Of a stretch of DNA of 64,000 nt, positions 28,585 through 38,329 are shown one piece after another. The stretch covers positions 28,645 to 92,644 of the forward strand of contig CBDHHE010000009.1 of the NCBI GenBank assembly GCA_965263335.1. The letters are read 5' to 3'. Every line of letters starts with the position of its first letter. The first letter of the stretch is position 1. Origin of the DNA: Thermohalobaculum sp. (GTDB lineage Bacteria; Pseudomonadota; Alphaproteobacteria; Rhodobacterales; Rhodobacteraceae). Both the position numbers and the translations under genes were made by a program. The notes under the pieces are model-generated. The model made no database searches. It worked only from the letters and a program-made list of their open reading frames with translations, and was not told the DNA's origin.

Positions 28585-29607
28585 TGTGTTATCCTTCGTT
28601 TCGAGGGTTGGTGATGTGCCCGGCTCGGGTTGCAGTCCGGCTCTGAGACAGGTGCGAGATCAGGCTCCGGCGCGGGTTCTGGTTGTGTGTTTGGATCATG
28701 CTGGGGCGGCGGGGCAGCGGAGGTTTCAACAGGCCGCGATCAATCTGGGTCCAGCTTTCCCTCTTGGCGTCGGTTTGGGTCTCGGTCCGACTGCTTGGTG
28801 CCTTGGCGATGAGACTTTCGCTGTTGTCTGTGATCTTTGGCTTCATCCGTGCGTCCGTCCCTGTGAGGATGCGTTGCAGCGGAGGCTAGGAGAGATCAGC
28901 CGCTGCACGAAGCCGGGGAAGGAACAGGCCGGGTTTTCAGCAAGAACTCTCCGCAGGCCGCGCGCACGAGCCCTACAGTCCCGCATAGGGCATTGAAAAA
29001 TATGCGGCTTTTTGATGCGCTGGCTTCCGCCGGGCGATTTCCGCCGATGATCGATGTGGGCCCCGCGCGGGCAGAGGCTCGCCGAGAACCAGACCATCTG
29101 CGCGAGACTTTGCTGCGCAGTGGCGCGGCACCGCGTGAAGGACCGACTCAGTCAGGTCGCCTCATGACCGCTGGATACCCGCTGCGAGATGGTTCGAACT
29201 TTGGTGACCCAAGATCCTTCGCCGTACAGATGGGAGCGCGAGATGTACACGGCGCCGCGCTTCAAAGCCTCTGTTTTGGGGCCCCGGAGCGGCGTCGTGT
29301 ACACAACCTCTTCTGAAACGTACACCACCACGCGGCCGCCGGTTTGACAGTCACGACAACATTTCGGTCCGGGCCATCCGAGCGGTTTTGACCAAGGATG
29401 CAACGTGACTTTAAGGGTAAGACAACAAGCACACATCTCTTGTCCGGGACTTTGCCGCCGTTCACCAAATGACGGCAAATGGCAGCTGATAGCCAGTCGC
29501 CTAGAAAACAACACATTCGATTTCCAATTTATGTCTTAATTTTGGGCCATTTGCCTAACTGGCGTGCACAATCACCCCCTGCGCGCAAGAAATAGAAAGG
29601 ATTCTTA

Positions 29608-30243
29608 ATGTTACGAGTCGCCACTGCTATGGCCGCAATCGTTGCGAGCACAGCGTTTGCGCAAGCGCAAGAAGTCAACATCACGCCCGAAGACTACAGC
29701 TTCTCTGTGTCCGTGAATGGCGACGCGATTGTATATGAGCGTAACCAAGACCAAACCGCAGTTATCGAGGGAGACTTTGCCAAGACTTCGCGGCAATGCC
29801 CACCGTTCTGCGTGCATGCGATGTCCGCCGCCGAGGGCGTGGAAACGGTTGGCGAACTTGAATTGATCAAGTTCATGGAAACGCATGTTTCTGAGGGTAC
29901 AGGGCTTCTCGTCGATAGTCGCATCCCCGAATGGTATCAAAAGGGCACCATACCCGGCGCGATCAACATTCCGTTTTCCGTCATGTCGCCAGATAACCAG
30001 TATCGCGATCAGATCCTGGAAGCCTTGGGGGCCAAAGTTGAAGATGGCGCGTCGGACTTCAGCGAAGCGAAAGACCTCCTGCTGTTCTGCAACGGTCCTT
30101 GGTGCGATCAATCTCCGCGTGCCATCGCTGACCTACTCGATGCAGGTTATCCGGCAGAGAAGATCCGCTACTACCGTGGCGGAATGCAGCTGTGGCTCTT
30201 GCTTGGCTTCAATACGGTTACTGATACCGCAGACAAGTCTTAA
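29608..30243 (+). CDS. Exported rhodanese-like protein
   Basis: Signal peptide, CPPFC, GTIPGAINIPF, FCNGPWCDQSPRAI and YYRGGMQLW motifs. Confidence 0.88.
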   Translation: MLRVATAMAAIVASTAFAQAQEVNITPEDYSFSVSVNGDAIVYERNQDQTAVIEGDFAKTSRQCPPFCVHAMSAAEGVETVGELELIKFMETHVSEGTGLLVDSRIPEWYQKGTIPGAINIPFSVMSPDNQYRDQILEALGAKVEDGASDFSEAKDLLLFCNGPWCDQSPRAIADLLDAGYPAEKIRYYRGGMQLWLLLGFNTVTDTADKS

Positions 30244-30258
30244 GGCTGGGGGACAGGC

Positions 30259-30816
30259 ATGAAGACCATTCTATGCACCGCCGCATTGGTCGCTCTGACC
30301 GCAAATGCCAGCGTCGCTCAGGAGACCGATCAAAGCCAAATGCTCGCGCTGACGCAAAGTGTTCTGCAAGGGATCAATGGAACCTCGGAGCCAGCGCCAC
30401 AGGAACAGCAGACCGATCTTTCATCTCTCATCGCGCAGGCGATGGAAGAGGGCCAGTCTGATGCGTATCTCGAAGCATTAATCGGCGAGGCAGTCGAGCG
30501 AGGCTCTATCGAAGTGCCTGAGGCCATGGTTTCAACGGAAGGTGAAGTTGACACTGAGACGCTGCTTGCTTCTTTGGTCAGTCAATCGCTTCAGGGCACC
30601 GATGCAGATCAGGCTCTCGTCTCAGAAGCGACTAACATCTCCGGAGAACAACCGGAACCGCGCCGCCATACGGTCGTAAGCGGCGATAGCCTCGCGGGCA
30701 TTGCAAGGCGATATTATGGCGACGCCACAAAATTTGACACGATCTATGAGGCAAATCGCGATACAATCGAGCGTCCCAGCCTGATCAGGGTCGGTCAGGT
30801 GATCCTCATACCCTGA
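30259..30816 (+). CDS. Exported LysM-domain protein
   Basis: Signal peptide and C-terminal HTVVSGDSLAGIARRYYG...IYEAN..LIRVGQVILIP. Confidence 0.88.
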   Translation: MKTILCTAALVALTANASVAQETDQSQMLALTQSVLQGINGTSEPAPQEQQTDLSSLIAQAMEEGQSDAYLEALIGEAVERGSIEVPEAMVSTEGEVDTETLLASLVSQSLQGTDADQALVSEATNISGEQPEPRRHTVVSGDSLAGIARRYYGDATKFDTIYEANRDTIERPSLIRVGQVILIP

Positions 30817-30833
30817 TCGAAGCCAAACAACGA

Positions 30834-30856
30834 AAGAGGGGCCATTGGCCCCCCTT
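30834..30856 (+). terminator. Hairpin after the LysM gene
   Basis: GGGGCC-att-GGCCCC stem with extension. Confidence 0.5.
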
Positions 30857-31113
30857 CTGCACATGAACGCGCGACAAGATGACCTGATCGTTACGTTCTG
30901 CGAAACAAGTCTTCCGTGAACTTTGCAGCATCGGTAACTCTGGCCTCTTTGCGGACCGTCTCTGCCGCGGCGTATTGTCCAGTGTTCGACTTCATCGAGG
31001 CGGTCAACGCGGATCGTTGCATTTCCGAACCACTTGGGGGACGGCGATCGGCAAGCGCGTTTGCGGCGTTGGTATCCGATCAAGTAGCCGATCCACTGCA
31101 GTAGCGCGGTCCG

Positions 31114-31914
31114 TTACTTGATCCCGGCGCGCATGAAGCTTTGCACGAATTGCCTTTGGAACAGCAGGAATGCGATCAGGAGCGGGCCGGATGTCATGAG
31201 CGTGGCCGCGTTGATCACGCTCCATTCCACGCCAGAGTCGATGGACGCAAAGATGGACAGGCCGACGGTGACGGGGCGGGTCTCGACCGAATTGGTGACG
31301 ATGAGCGGCCAGAGGAAGTTGTTCCAATGGTGGCTGACCGAGACGAGCCCGTAAGCCAGATAGGTGGGGATCGCGAGCGGGACGTAGACCTTCAGGAGGA
31401 TGCCCAAGGTGGACATGCCCTCGATCTGGGCGGCCTCCTCCAACTCCTTTGGTACTGACATGAACGTTTGCCGCAGCAGGAAGATCCCGAAGCCCGAGGC
31501 GACATAGGGGATCGCGATGGCGGCGATCGTGTCGATCAGGTTCAGGTTCCGGATCAGCTTGTAGTTTTCGACGATCAGGATGTCGGGCATGACCAGAAGC
31601 TGCACGAGGACCAGCGCAAAGAGGATGTCCCGCCCGGGGAAGCGGTAGCGCGCGAAGGCGTAGGCCGCGAGGGTGCAGAGCACGAATTGCCCGATGAGGA
31701 TCGCGGTCACGAGGATGAACGTGTTCAGGAAGTAGCGGGCAAAGGGCGCGGCCTCCCACGCTTTGCCGAAGTTCTCGAGCGTGAGCGGTGCGAAAAGGTC
31801 GAAGTTGGCCTCGTATGCCGCCGGATGGAATGCCGTCCAGACCGCATAGGCCAGCGGCAAGACCCACAGAAGGGCCAGCGTCCATGCGCCGAAGAGGTTC
31901 AGCGCGCGGGTCAT
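31114..31914 (-). CDS. Carbohydrate ABC permease (UgpE-like)
   Basis: FLLRQTFMSVPKELEEAAQIEG and WNNFLWPL motifs. Confidence 0.92.
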   Translation of the reverse strand: MTRALNLFGAWTLALLWVLPLAYAVWTAFHPAAYEANFDLFAPLTLENFGKAWEAAPFARYFLNTFILVTAILIGQFVLCTLAAYAFARYRFPGRDILFALVLVQLLVMPDILIVENYKLIRNLNLIDTIAAIAIPYVASGFGIFLLRQTFMSVPKELEEAAQIEGMSTLGILLKVYVPLAIPTYLAYGLVSVSHHWNNFLWPLIVTNSVETRPVTVGLSIFASIDSGVEWSVINAATLMTSGPLLIAFLLFQRQFVQSFMRAGIK

Positions 31915-32786
31915 TTGTAGTGCACCCTGCGGTCAAAGACGAAGAACTGCCCGATGGCGAGGATGCCGAGGATCGCCAGCAGGATGACCGTGAGCGTGGC
32001 GGCATAGGCCGTGTCCCAGAAGCGGAAGGCGACCTCGTAGATGTAAAAGAGCAAGAGCGATGAGGCATTGTCCGGCCCGCCGCCGGTGAGGATGAAGATG
32101 TGGTCGACCATGCGGAAAGAGTTCACGACGGCGTTGATCGACACAAAGAGCGTGGTGGGCATCAGGAGCGGAAAGGTCACGCGTCGGAAGATGGTCCAGG
32201 GACCGGCGCCTTCGATCCGGGCGGCCTCGATCAGGCTGGGCGGGATGGTTTGCAGGGCGGCGAGGTAGAAGATCATGAAGAAGCCGGCCTCTTTCCAGAT
32301 CGTCACGATCATCACGCCGATGAGGGCGGTGTCGGGTTGGCCGAGGATGTTCGATTGTCCCATGCCAAAGAGGCCGGTGATCTGGTCTATGAGGCCGAAA
32401 CCGGGCGTGTAGAAGAACATCCAGATGTTGGCCACCGCGATCATGGGCAGAACTGTGGGGGTGAAATAGGCCATGCGCACAAACCCGCGCCCGGCGAGCC
32501 GTTCGTTCACCCACAGCGCCATGGCCAGGGCAATGGCGATGGATGTGGGGATGGTGCCGAGTGCGAACCAGAGGTTGTTGCCAAGGACTTTCCAGAAGAT
32601 CGGGTCGCTGATCAGCGTGTCGTAATTGTCAAACCCGGCCCAGCGGGCGGGCCTGCGCCCGCGCGGTGTGGTGTAGAGACTGTTCCAGAGCGTCGTGATG
32701 GCGGGCAAATGCGTGAATGCCACCAGGAACACGAAGGCTGGGGTCAGCAAGAGCCATGCGTGGATCCATTGTCGTGACTGCAGCAT
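31911..32786 (-). CDS. Carbohydrate ABC permease (UgpA-like)
   Basis: YLAALQTIPPSLIEAARIEGA motif. Start MLQSRQW at 32786. Confidence 0.9.
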   Translation of the reverse strand: MLQSRQWIHAWLLLTPAFVFLVAFTHLPAITTLWNSLYTTPRGRRPARWAGFDNYDTLISDPIFWKVLGNNLWFALGTIPTSIAIALAMALWVNERLAGRGFVRMAYFTPTVLPMIAVANIWMFFYTPGFGLIDQITGLFGMGQSNILGQPDTALIGVMIVTIWKEAGFFMIFYLAALQTIPPSLIEAARIEGAGPWTIFRRVTFPLLMPTTLFVSINAVVNSFRMVDHIFILTGGGPDNASSLLLFYIYEVAFRFWDTAYAATLTVILLAILGILAIGQFFVFDRRVHYK

Positions 32787-32813
32787 TTCGCGTTTCCGTC
32801 GGCTTGTGCGACC

Positions 32814-32882
32814 CCGTCCCGGACTTGATCCGGGACCTCTTGTGGCGCGTTGAGGCGGAGGCCCCGGATCAAGTCCGGGGCG
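32814..32882. repeat. REP/RPE-like palindromic element
   Basis: CCCGGACTTGATCCGGG ... CCCGGATCAAGTCCGGG: two inverted, self-complementary units between the SBP and permease genes. Confidence 0.75.
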
Positions 32883-32917
32883 CGGCGGGGCGTGAGGTTT
32901 CCGCCCCGCCAATTGAC

Positions 32918-34180
32918 TTAGCGATAGGCCTGCAGGACGGCGTCGGCTTTCTCCTGCGCCTCGGCCAATGCCTCGGCCGCAGCCTTCTCACCTGTGATCG
33001 CGGCGTGCAGGGCATCGTTGAAGATCCGCGTCACGCGCTGGTTCTCATAGGTCGACAGCTCGGCCACAGCGAATTCCAACTGATCGCGCGCCACGAGTGC
33101 TGGTGGGAAGTCGGCGGCATAGGCCTTCATCTCATCGCTTTCCCATGTGGCAGGCGACGGGGCGACATAGCCGGTGGCGATTGACCATTTGGCGGCCTGT
33201 GCGGGCTGCGAGATCCACTTGATGAAGTCAAATGCCGCTTTGGTTTCTTCGTCCGAACCGCCTTTGAACAGGTAGAAGTTGCCGCCACCTGTTGGCGCGC
33301 CGCGGCTCACCTTGGCGGGCAGCATCGCAACGCCGAAGTCAAACGGTGCGTTGTTGCGCACGTTTGTCAGGTTGCCGGTCGAGGTCCACATCATCGCGGT
33401 CTGACCTTCGAAAAAGGCTTTGGGCGTGGCGCCCCATTCGATGATGCCCGGCGCCATCACGCCGTCTTCGGACAGCGACACCAGATATTCCAGCGCCTCA
33501 ACAACCTTCGGATCGTCGAAGTTCGTCTTAGTCCCATTATCGGTCACGAGCGTCGCACCGTTCGACGTGGTCAGGCCTTGAAACAGCCAGTAGGGGAAAC
33601 CCGAGGACGGGATCCGCACGCCCCATTGGGTGACGTTGCCGCTGTCATCCTTCTTGGTGAGCTTGGCGGCGTAGTCCTTCATTTCGTCCCAGGTCTCGGG
33701 CGCTTTGTCCAGACCGGCTTCGGCGAAGGCTTCCTTGTTGTAATAAAGAACCGGGGTCGAGCGCTGGAACGGAATGCCGTAGGTTTTCCCGTCGATCATG
33801 GAGTTCTCCATGAATGACGGATAGAAGCTTTTGAGCCACGCTTTGTCTTCGTCTGTCGTGGCGAAATCGTCAAAGGCGTGGATCAGATCTTCGTCATAGA
33901 GTGTGTACATATCGACCGACAGGATCACCGATAGCTGCGGCGCATTCCCACCACGTGCAGCTGTCAACGCCTTCGCGACCGTGTCCTGATAGGATCCTGC
34001 ATAGATCGCATCGATGTTCACGCCTTCATTGGCGGCGAGATATTCAGCCGTCAGTTCTTCGATCGTGTTTGCGGCAGCACCGCCAACGGCAACGGGGAAG
34101 TAGAATTCCAGGTCAACGGCCAGGGCTGGCGAGGCTGCCAAGGCCAGTGCAGCAACCGCTGCCTTGAGTTGAGAGATCAT
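32918..34180 (-). CDS. ABC substrate-binding protein (UgpB-like)
   Basis: Signal peptide MISQLKAAVAALALAASPALA, YGIPFQRSTPVLYYNKEAF and PTGGGNFY motifs. Confidence 0.9.
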   Translation of the reverse strand: MISQLKAAVAALALAASPALAVDLEFYFPVAVGGAAANTIEELTAEYLAANEGVNIDAIYAGSYQDTVAKALTAARGGNAPQLSVILSVDMYTLYDEDLIHAFDDFATTDEDKAWLKSFYPSFMENSMIDGKTYGIPFQRSTPVLYYNKEAFAEAGLDKAPETWDEMKDYAAKLTKKDDSGNVTQWGVRIPSSGFPYWLFQGLTTSNGATLVTDNGTKTNFDDPKVVEALEYLVSLSEDGVMAPGIIEWGATPKAFFEGQTAMMWTSTGNLTNVRNNAPFDFGVAMLPAKVSRGAPTGGGNFYLFKGGSDEETKAAFDFIKWISQPAQAAKWSIATGYVAPSPATWESDEMKAYAADFPPALVARDQLEFAVAELSTYENQRVTRIFNDALHAAITGEKAAAEALAEAQEKADAVLQAYR

Positions 34181-34262
34181 GTGTCTTTCTCCGAAATGAA
34201 CGAAAGCCGGGCAGGCCCGGCGGGCAGCACCCCGAATATTGGGGGGCATGAGGGCGAAGGCA

Positions 34263-35330
34263 TCATGTGGCACCTTCGACAATGCGCGCGGCAAGCGCGG
34301 GATCATCGATCCGGACCGCGCCGTCGGCATCAAACAGGTGAACGTCTTCCGGCAGCATCGCGAGGGTCAGCCGTTCATCCATGGCGAACGCGCGATTGCC
34401 GGGCAGTTTGGCGAGGACCGTGTGATCGCCGGTGGTCAGTTCGACCAATGTGTCGGCGCCGAGAAACTCTGCCGATTTGACCCAGGCCACAATCGGGCCC
34501 TCTGACGCCAGCGTCAACGCCTCTGGCCGGATCCCGATCCGCAGGCATTCGGGCAATCCTTCGGGCCAGTTTGTCAGCGCCGTGACGGGCAAGAGGTTCA
34601 TGGGTGGCGAGCCGATGAATCGGGCTGCGAAGGGTGTTGCAGGCGCGCCGTAGAGGTCTTGGGGCGTGGCAACCTGCTCGATCCGGCCTGCATTCATCAG
34701 CACGACCTGATCGGCCATGGTGATAGCCTCGGTCTGGTCATGGGTGACGTAGACCATGGTGAGCCCGATTTGCCGCTGGAGCGCACGGATCTCGCGTCGC
34801 ATTTCGTCCCGCAGGCGCGCATCAAGGTTCGACAGGGGTTCGTCCATCAAACAGATGGGCCGCCGCGAGATCACCGCACGCCCTAACGCGACCCGCTGTT
34901 GTTGCCCGCCTGACAAGGCGGACGGCTTGCGGTTGAGGTAAGGCGACAGTTCGAGAAGGTCGGCGACTTCGGTCAGGCGCGCCTGACGTTCCGCTTTGCC
35001 AAGCCGTTCGACCCGCAATCCGAAGATGATGTTTTCGGCCACGCTCAGATGCGGAAAAAGCGCGTAGTTCTGAAACACCATCGACAGGTGGCGCTTGGCC
35101 GGTGGCAGGGCGGTGACATCCTTGTCGTCGATCAACACATGACCTGCGGTGACATGTTCCAACCCGGCGATGATCCGCAGCGTGGTGGACTTCCCGCAGC
35201 CGGAGGGACCCAGGATCGCGGTGAACTTGCCTGCGGGGATGTCCAGATCGATCCCGTCGAGCGAGACGGTGTCGCCCCAGACTTTGCGCACGCCGCGCAG
35301 CGCGATGGATTGCCCGACCAATGCGGTCAT
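34263..35330 (-). CDS. ABC ATP-binding protein (UgpC-like)
   Basis: GPSGCGKST, LSGGQQQRVALGRA and MDEPLSNLD motifs. Confidence 0.93.
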   Translation of the reverse strand: MTALVGQSIALRGVRKVWGDTVSLDGIDLDIPAGKFTAILGPSGCGKSTTLRIIAGLEHVTAGHVLIDDKDVTALPPAKRHLSMVFQNYALFPHLSVAENIIFGLRVERLGKAERQARLTEVADLLELSPYLNRKPSALSGGQQQRVALGRAVISRRPICLMDEPLSNLDARLRDEMRREIRALQRQIGLTMVYVTHDQTEAITMADQVVLMNAGRIEQVATPQDLYGAPATPFAARFIGSPPMNLLPVTALTNWPEGLPECLRIGIRPEALTLASEGPIVAWVKSAEFLGADTLVELTTGDHTVLAKLPGNRAFAMDERLTLAMLPEDVHLFDADGAVRIDDPALAARIVEGAT

Positions 35331-36136
35331 GACGTGACCGCGTCGCAGATGACGAGATTGACCTCTGCCGCCGCCAGCCGGGCGCAGATCGCGTCGGGCG
35401 GTCGTGTGTCGCAGATCACATGTTCGACGTCCGTGATGTTGCCGCTGCGTGCATGCGCCTTGCGCCCGAACTTTGTGACATCGAGCACGAGGATGCGGGT
35501 GGTCGCGTTGCGTGAGATCGCCTCGCGCGAGCGGACGTCTTCGTCCGACAGGTCAAGCAGACCGCCGTCCTCATCCACCGCCGCCACGCCAAAGAGCCCC
35601 ACGTCGAACTTGTAGCTGTCAAAGAACGCCACGGCCGAGGGGCCAACGATGTCGGCCTCTGACTCGCGCAGCGTTCCACCGGGGATCGTGACCGTCGCGC
35701 CGTCAAAGCGGTGCGCCGAAATGGCAAGGTGCAGGTTGTTGGAGTAGATGCGCAGGTTCTTCCGCTGCGCCAGGGCGGCCACGGCCATTTCGGGCGTTGT
35801 TCCGATGGAAACGGCCAGCGCGGTGTTGTCGTCGATCAACTCCGCAGCCTTTTGCCCGATTCTTTGCTTGGCCGAGAGGTTCAGGATGCGCCGCAATTCG
35901 TAGTGATCAGCGTTCACTGTCGCCAACTCGACCCCGCCATGCACGCGGCGCAAGAGCCCCCTTTCGCACATGTCGTTGATATCTTTGCGGATTGTCTGCG
36001 TGGAGACCGCGAACATCCGGGCGAGCTCGTCCACCTTCGCGCTGCCGTTGGCGCGGACCAGCTCGGCGACCTGCGCCTGCCGGTCGGTGCACCAGCTTGG
36101 GGTTTGAAACAGAGGAGACTGCGGCTCAGCTTTCAT
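35327..36136 (-). CDS. DeoR/GlpR family transcriptional regulator
   Basis: LARMFAVSTQTIRKDI HTH, RVHGG, and AKQRIG..IGTT motifs. Confidence 0.92.
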   Translation of the reverse strand: MKAEPQSPLFQTPSWCTDRQAQVAELVRANGSAKVDELARMFAVSTQTIRKDINDMCERGLLRRVHGGVELATVNADHYELRRILNLSAKQRIGQKAAELIDDNTALAVSIGTTPEMAVAALAQRKNLRIYSNNLHLAISAHRFDGATVTIPGGTLRESEADIVGPSAVAFFDSYKFDVGLFGVAAVDEDGGLLDLSDEDVRSREAISRNATTRILVLDVTKFGRKAHARSGNITDVEHVICDTRPPDAICARLAAAEVNLVICDAVTS

Positions 36137-36158
36137 ATGAAAGCGTTAGGGCGCACAT

Positions 36159-36187
36159 GTGAAGCTAATGTGACGCCCAAGTGAAGG
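36159..36187 (-). promoter_or_regulatory. Pho-box-like triple repeat upstream of the deoR-ugp operon
   Basis: Minus strand CCTTCAC-TTGG-GCGTCAC-ATTA-GCTTCAC, with TCAC at exact 11-bp spacing. Confidence 0.55.
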
Positions 36188-36193
36188 TTTGAC

Positions 36194-37384
36194 TTACGGC
36201 CGCGCTTGTTTGATCGCCGTTTCGACTAGCGATTGAATATCCTCGACCGTGGCAGCGCGGGGATTGGTGGCCGCGGCGCTATCTTGGATGGCCTTGCCCG
36301 CGATACGTGCCGCACAATCCGGCGGGACCCCGATGGCACTGAGGGATTTTGGGATGTCGATCTCGTCCAGCTTGCGTTCAACCTCGGCGATGAATGCTGG
36401 CGCGGACTTGTCCGCAAGCCCCATCACATCGGCCATCCGGGTCACTTTCTCCGGCATGCCCGGCAGGTTGTAGCGCAGCACCACTGGCAGGACGATCGCG
36501 TTCGTCAATCCGTGTTGGGTGTCATATTCCGCCCCGACCATGTGCGAGATGGCGTGCACAAGGCCGAGCCCCTTCAGAAACGCGATGCCAGCAAGACACG
36601 ACCCCACCAGCATGCCCCCCCGGGCCACCATGTTGTCGGGTTCTTGCACGGCGACGGGAAGCCATTTTGAGACGAGGCTCAGCCCCTCCAGCGCCAGCCC
36701 ATCACAGAGCGGATGAAAGCCCGGCACCAGATAGGCCTCGATCGCGTGGGTCATCGCGTCCGCGCCGGTCCAGGCCGTCAGGTGCGAGGGCAGGCTCAGC
36801 GTCAAGGCCGGGTCAAGCAGCGCAAGCGACGGCTTCAGGTCTGGGTGCCAGACACAGAACTTCATGCCCTTGGCGACGTGGGTCACCATCGCGGTGCTTT
36901 CCGTCTCGGCCCCGGTCCCGGCGGTGGTTGGAACCGTAATCAGATGTGGGAAGGGCTGGTGCGGCGGGATGGCTGGCACGGATTGTTCGAATTCAAAGGC
37001 CCAGAGATCGATGTCGTTCCGCGCTGTCAGACAAATGGATTTGCCGCCATCCATGGCGCTGCCCCCGCCGATGGCGATGACCGCGTCGTGGCGCCCGTCG
37101 CGGAAGGCCTGCCGCCCCGCGCCAATCTCATCGTCGCGCGGATTGGGGGAGATGTCATGGAAGAGATCAAACCCGAGCCCGGCCTTGGTCAGACTGTCTT
37201 TGAGTTGCGCGACAAAGGGCAAGTCAACGCTGGCGCGGTCGGTGACAATGAGAGGTCGCGAGATCTGCAGTGCCCGACACCGTGCGCCAATCTCGTCCAG
37301 CCGCCCCGGCCCATAGGCAATCGGGACGGGAAAGCTCCAATCCTGCGCATCAAGGATGTTGTGGTCTTGCGGCGCATGTGCCAT
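36194..37384 (-). CDS. Iron-containing alcohol dehydrogenase
   Basis: GGGSAMD, PTTAGTGAE, DAMTHAIE, GLVHAISH and HGLTNAI motifs. Start MAHAPQ at 37384. Confidence 0.92.
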   Translation of the reverse strand: MAHAPQDHNILDAQDWSFPVPIAYGPGRLDEIGARCRALQISRPLIVTDRASVDLPFVAQLKDSLTKAGLGFDLFHDISPNPRDDEIGAGRQAFRDGRHDAVIAIGGGSAMDGGKSICLTARNDIDLWAFEFEQSVPAIPPHQPFPHLITVPTTAGTGAETESTAMVTHVAKGMKFCVWHPDLKPSLALLDPALTLSLPSHLTAWTGADAMTHAIEAYLVPGFHPLCDGLALEGLSLVSKWLPVAVQEPDNMVARGGMLVGSCLAGIAFLKGLGLVHAISHMVGAEYDTQHGLTNAIVLPVVLRYNLPGMPEKVTRMADVMGLADKSAPAFIAEVERKLDEIDIPKSLSAIGVPPDCAARIAGKAIQDSAAATNPRAATVEDIQSLVETAIKQARP

Positions 37385-37427
37385 GTCGTTCGTCTTTCCC
37401 ATTACGCGGCAGGCTGGTTCAGGCCCG

Positions 37428-38315
37428 CTATGTTTTGACCACCTCAACGACGGCGGCACTTACGATCAGGACCGCCCCGATCCCCTCGCGGATCCCGAAG
37501 GGCTCACCCGCGAAGATGGCGGCTGTGATCAGCCCGACGACCACCTCGCTCATCAACAGCAGGCCCACCCTTGCGGGGGGCAGATAGGTGGCGGGCCAGA
37601 TGGTGAGAAACAGCATCGGGATGATGTAGATGACCGACAGGGCGGCAAAGGGTGTCATCGCCACCAACGTGCCGGTGTCCAGCGCGACATCGCTGTTGAG
37701 GTGCGCCGGCAACAGGCTTGCCACTGAAACCAGCAGCGCGCCCATCACAAAGGCCATGACCTGCCCCGGCGCGGAAATGCCGCTGGCCCTGTACAGCCCG
37801 AGTGTCCCGATGGCCCAGGTGATCCCAGAGATAAGCGCCAACCAGTCGCCAAAGTTCTGCGGCAGGGGAAGTTTTGAGCCGCCACCCAGCACGACCAAGA
37901 GCCCGCCGACACCCAGCATCAGGCTGAGCATGCGCCCCCATGTGAGCCGTTCGCCCAGAAACGCAAGGCCCAGCAACGTGCCCCAGATCGGCGTCAGGTA
38001 AAAAAGCAGGATGGAGCGCACCACGTCCGTGTACCCAAGGCTTGTGGTAAAGAGGCTGAACGCCGCGCCCGTGAACATGCCGCTGAAGACCAGTGTGCGC
38101 CAGTTCGCCACAAAGCTTTGACGGTCGGGCCAGAGGAGTGGCAGAAGCGCCAGAATGGTCGCCGCGTACATGACAATGCCGGGCCAGGGACCGGGCAGCC
38201 CCTGTTCAGAAAAGAACCGGACCGGGATCCAGTAGAGCCCCCACATGGCGCCGCCCATGACCAAAGCGATGCTCGCCGAGGATGGGGTCAGTTCCGGGAG
38301 CCTGAGATGCCGCAT
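37428..38315 (-). CDS. DMT/EamA family transporter
   Basis: About 10 TM segments, WGLYWIP, LFYLTPIW and FAGEPF motifs. Confidence 0.87.
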   Translation of the reverse strand: MRHLRLPELTPSSASIALVMGGAMWGLYWIPVRFFSEQGLPGPWPGIVMYAATILALLPLLWPDRQSFVANWRTLVFSGMFTGAAFSLFTTSLGYTDVVRSILLFYLTPIWGTLLGLAFLGERLTWGRMLSLMLGVGGLLVVLGGGSKLPLPQNFGDWLALISGITWAIGTLGLYRASGISAPGQVMAFVMGALLVSVASLLPAHLNSDVALDTGTLVAMTPFAALSVIYIIPMLFLTIWPATYLPPARVGLLLMSEVVVGLITAAIFAGEPFGIREGIGAVLIVSAAVVEVVKT

Positions 38316-38329
38316 TCAGTTCATGGCTT

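Noticed and set aside
30860-31110. Small ORFs between the LysM gene and the ugpE-like permease
   Set aside because: No RBS-supported start or recognisable motif.
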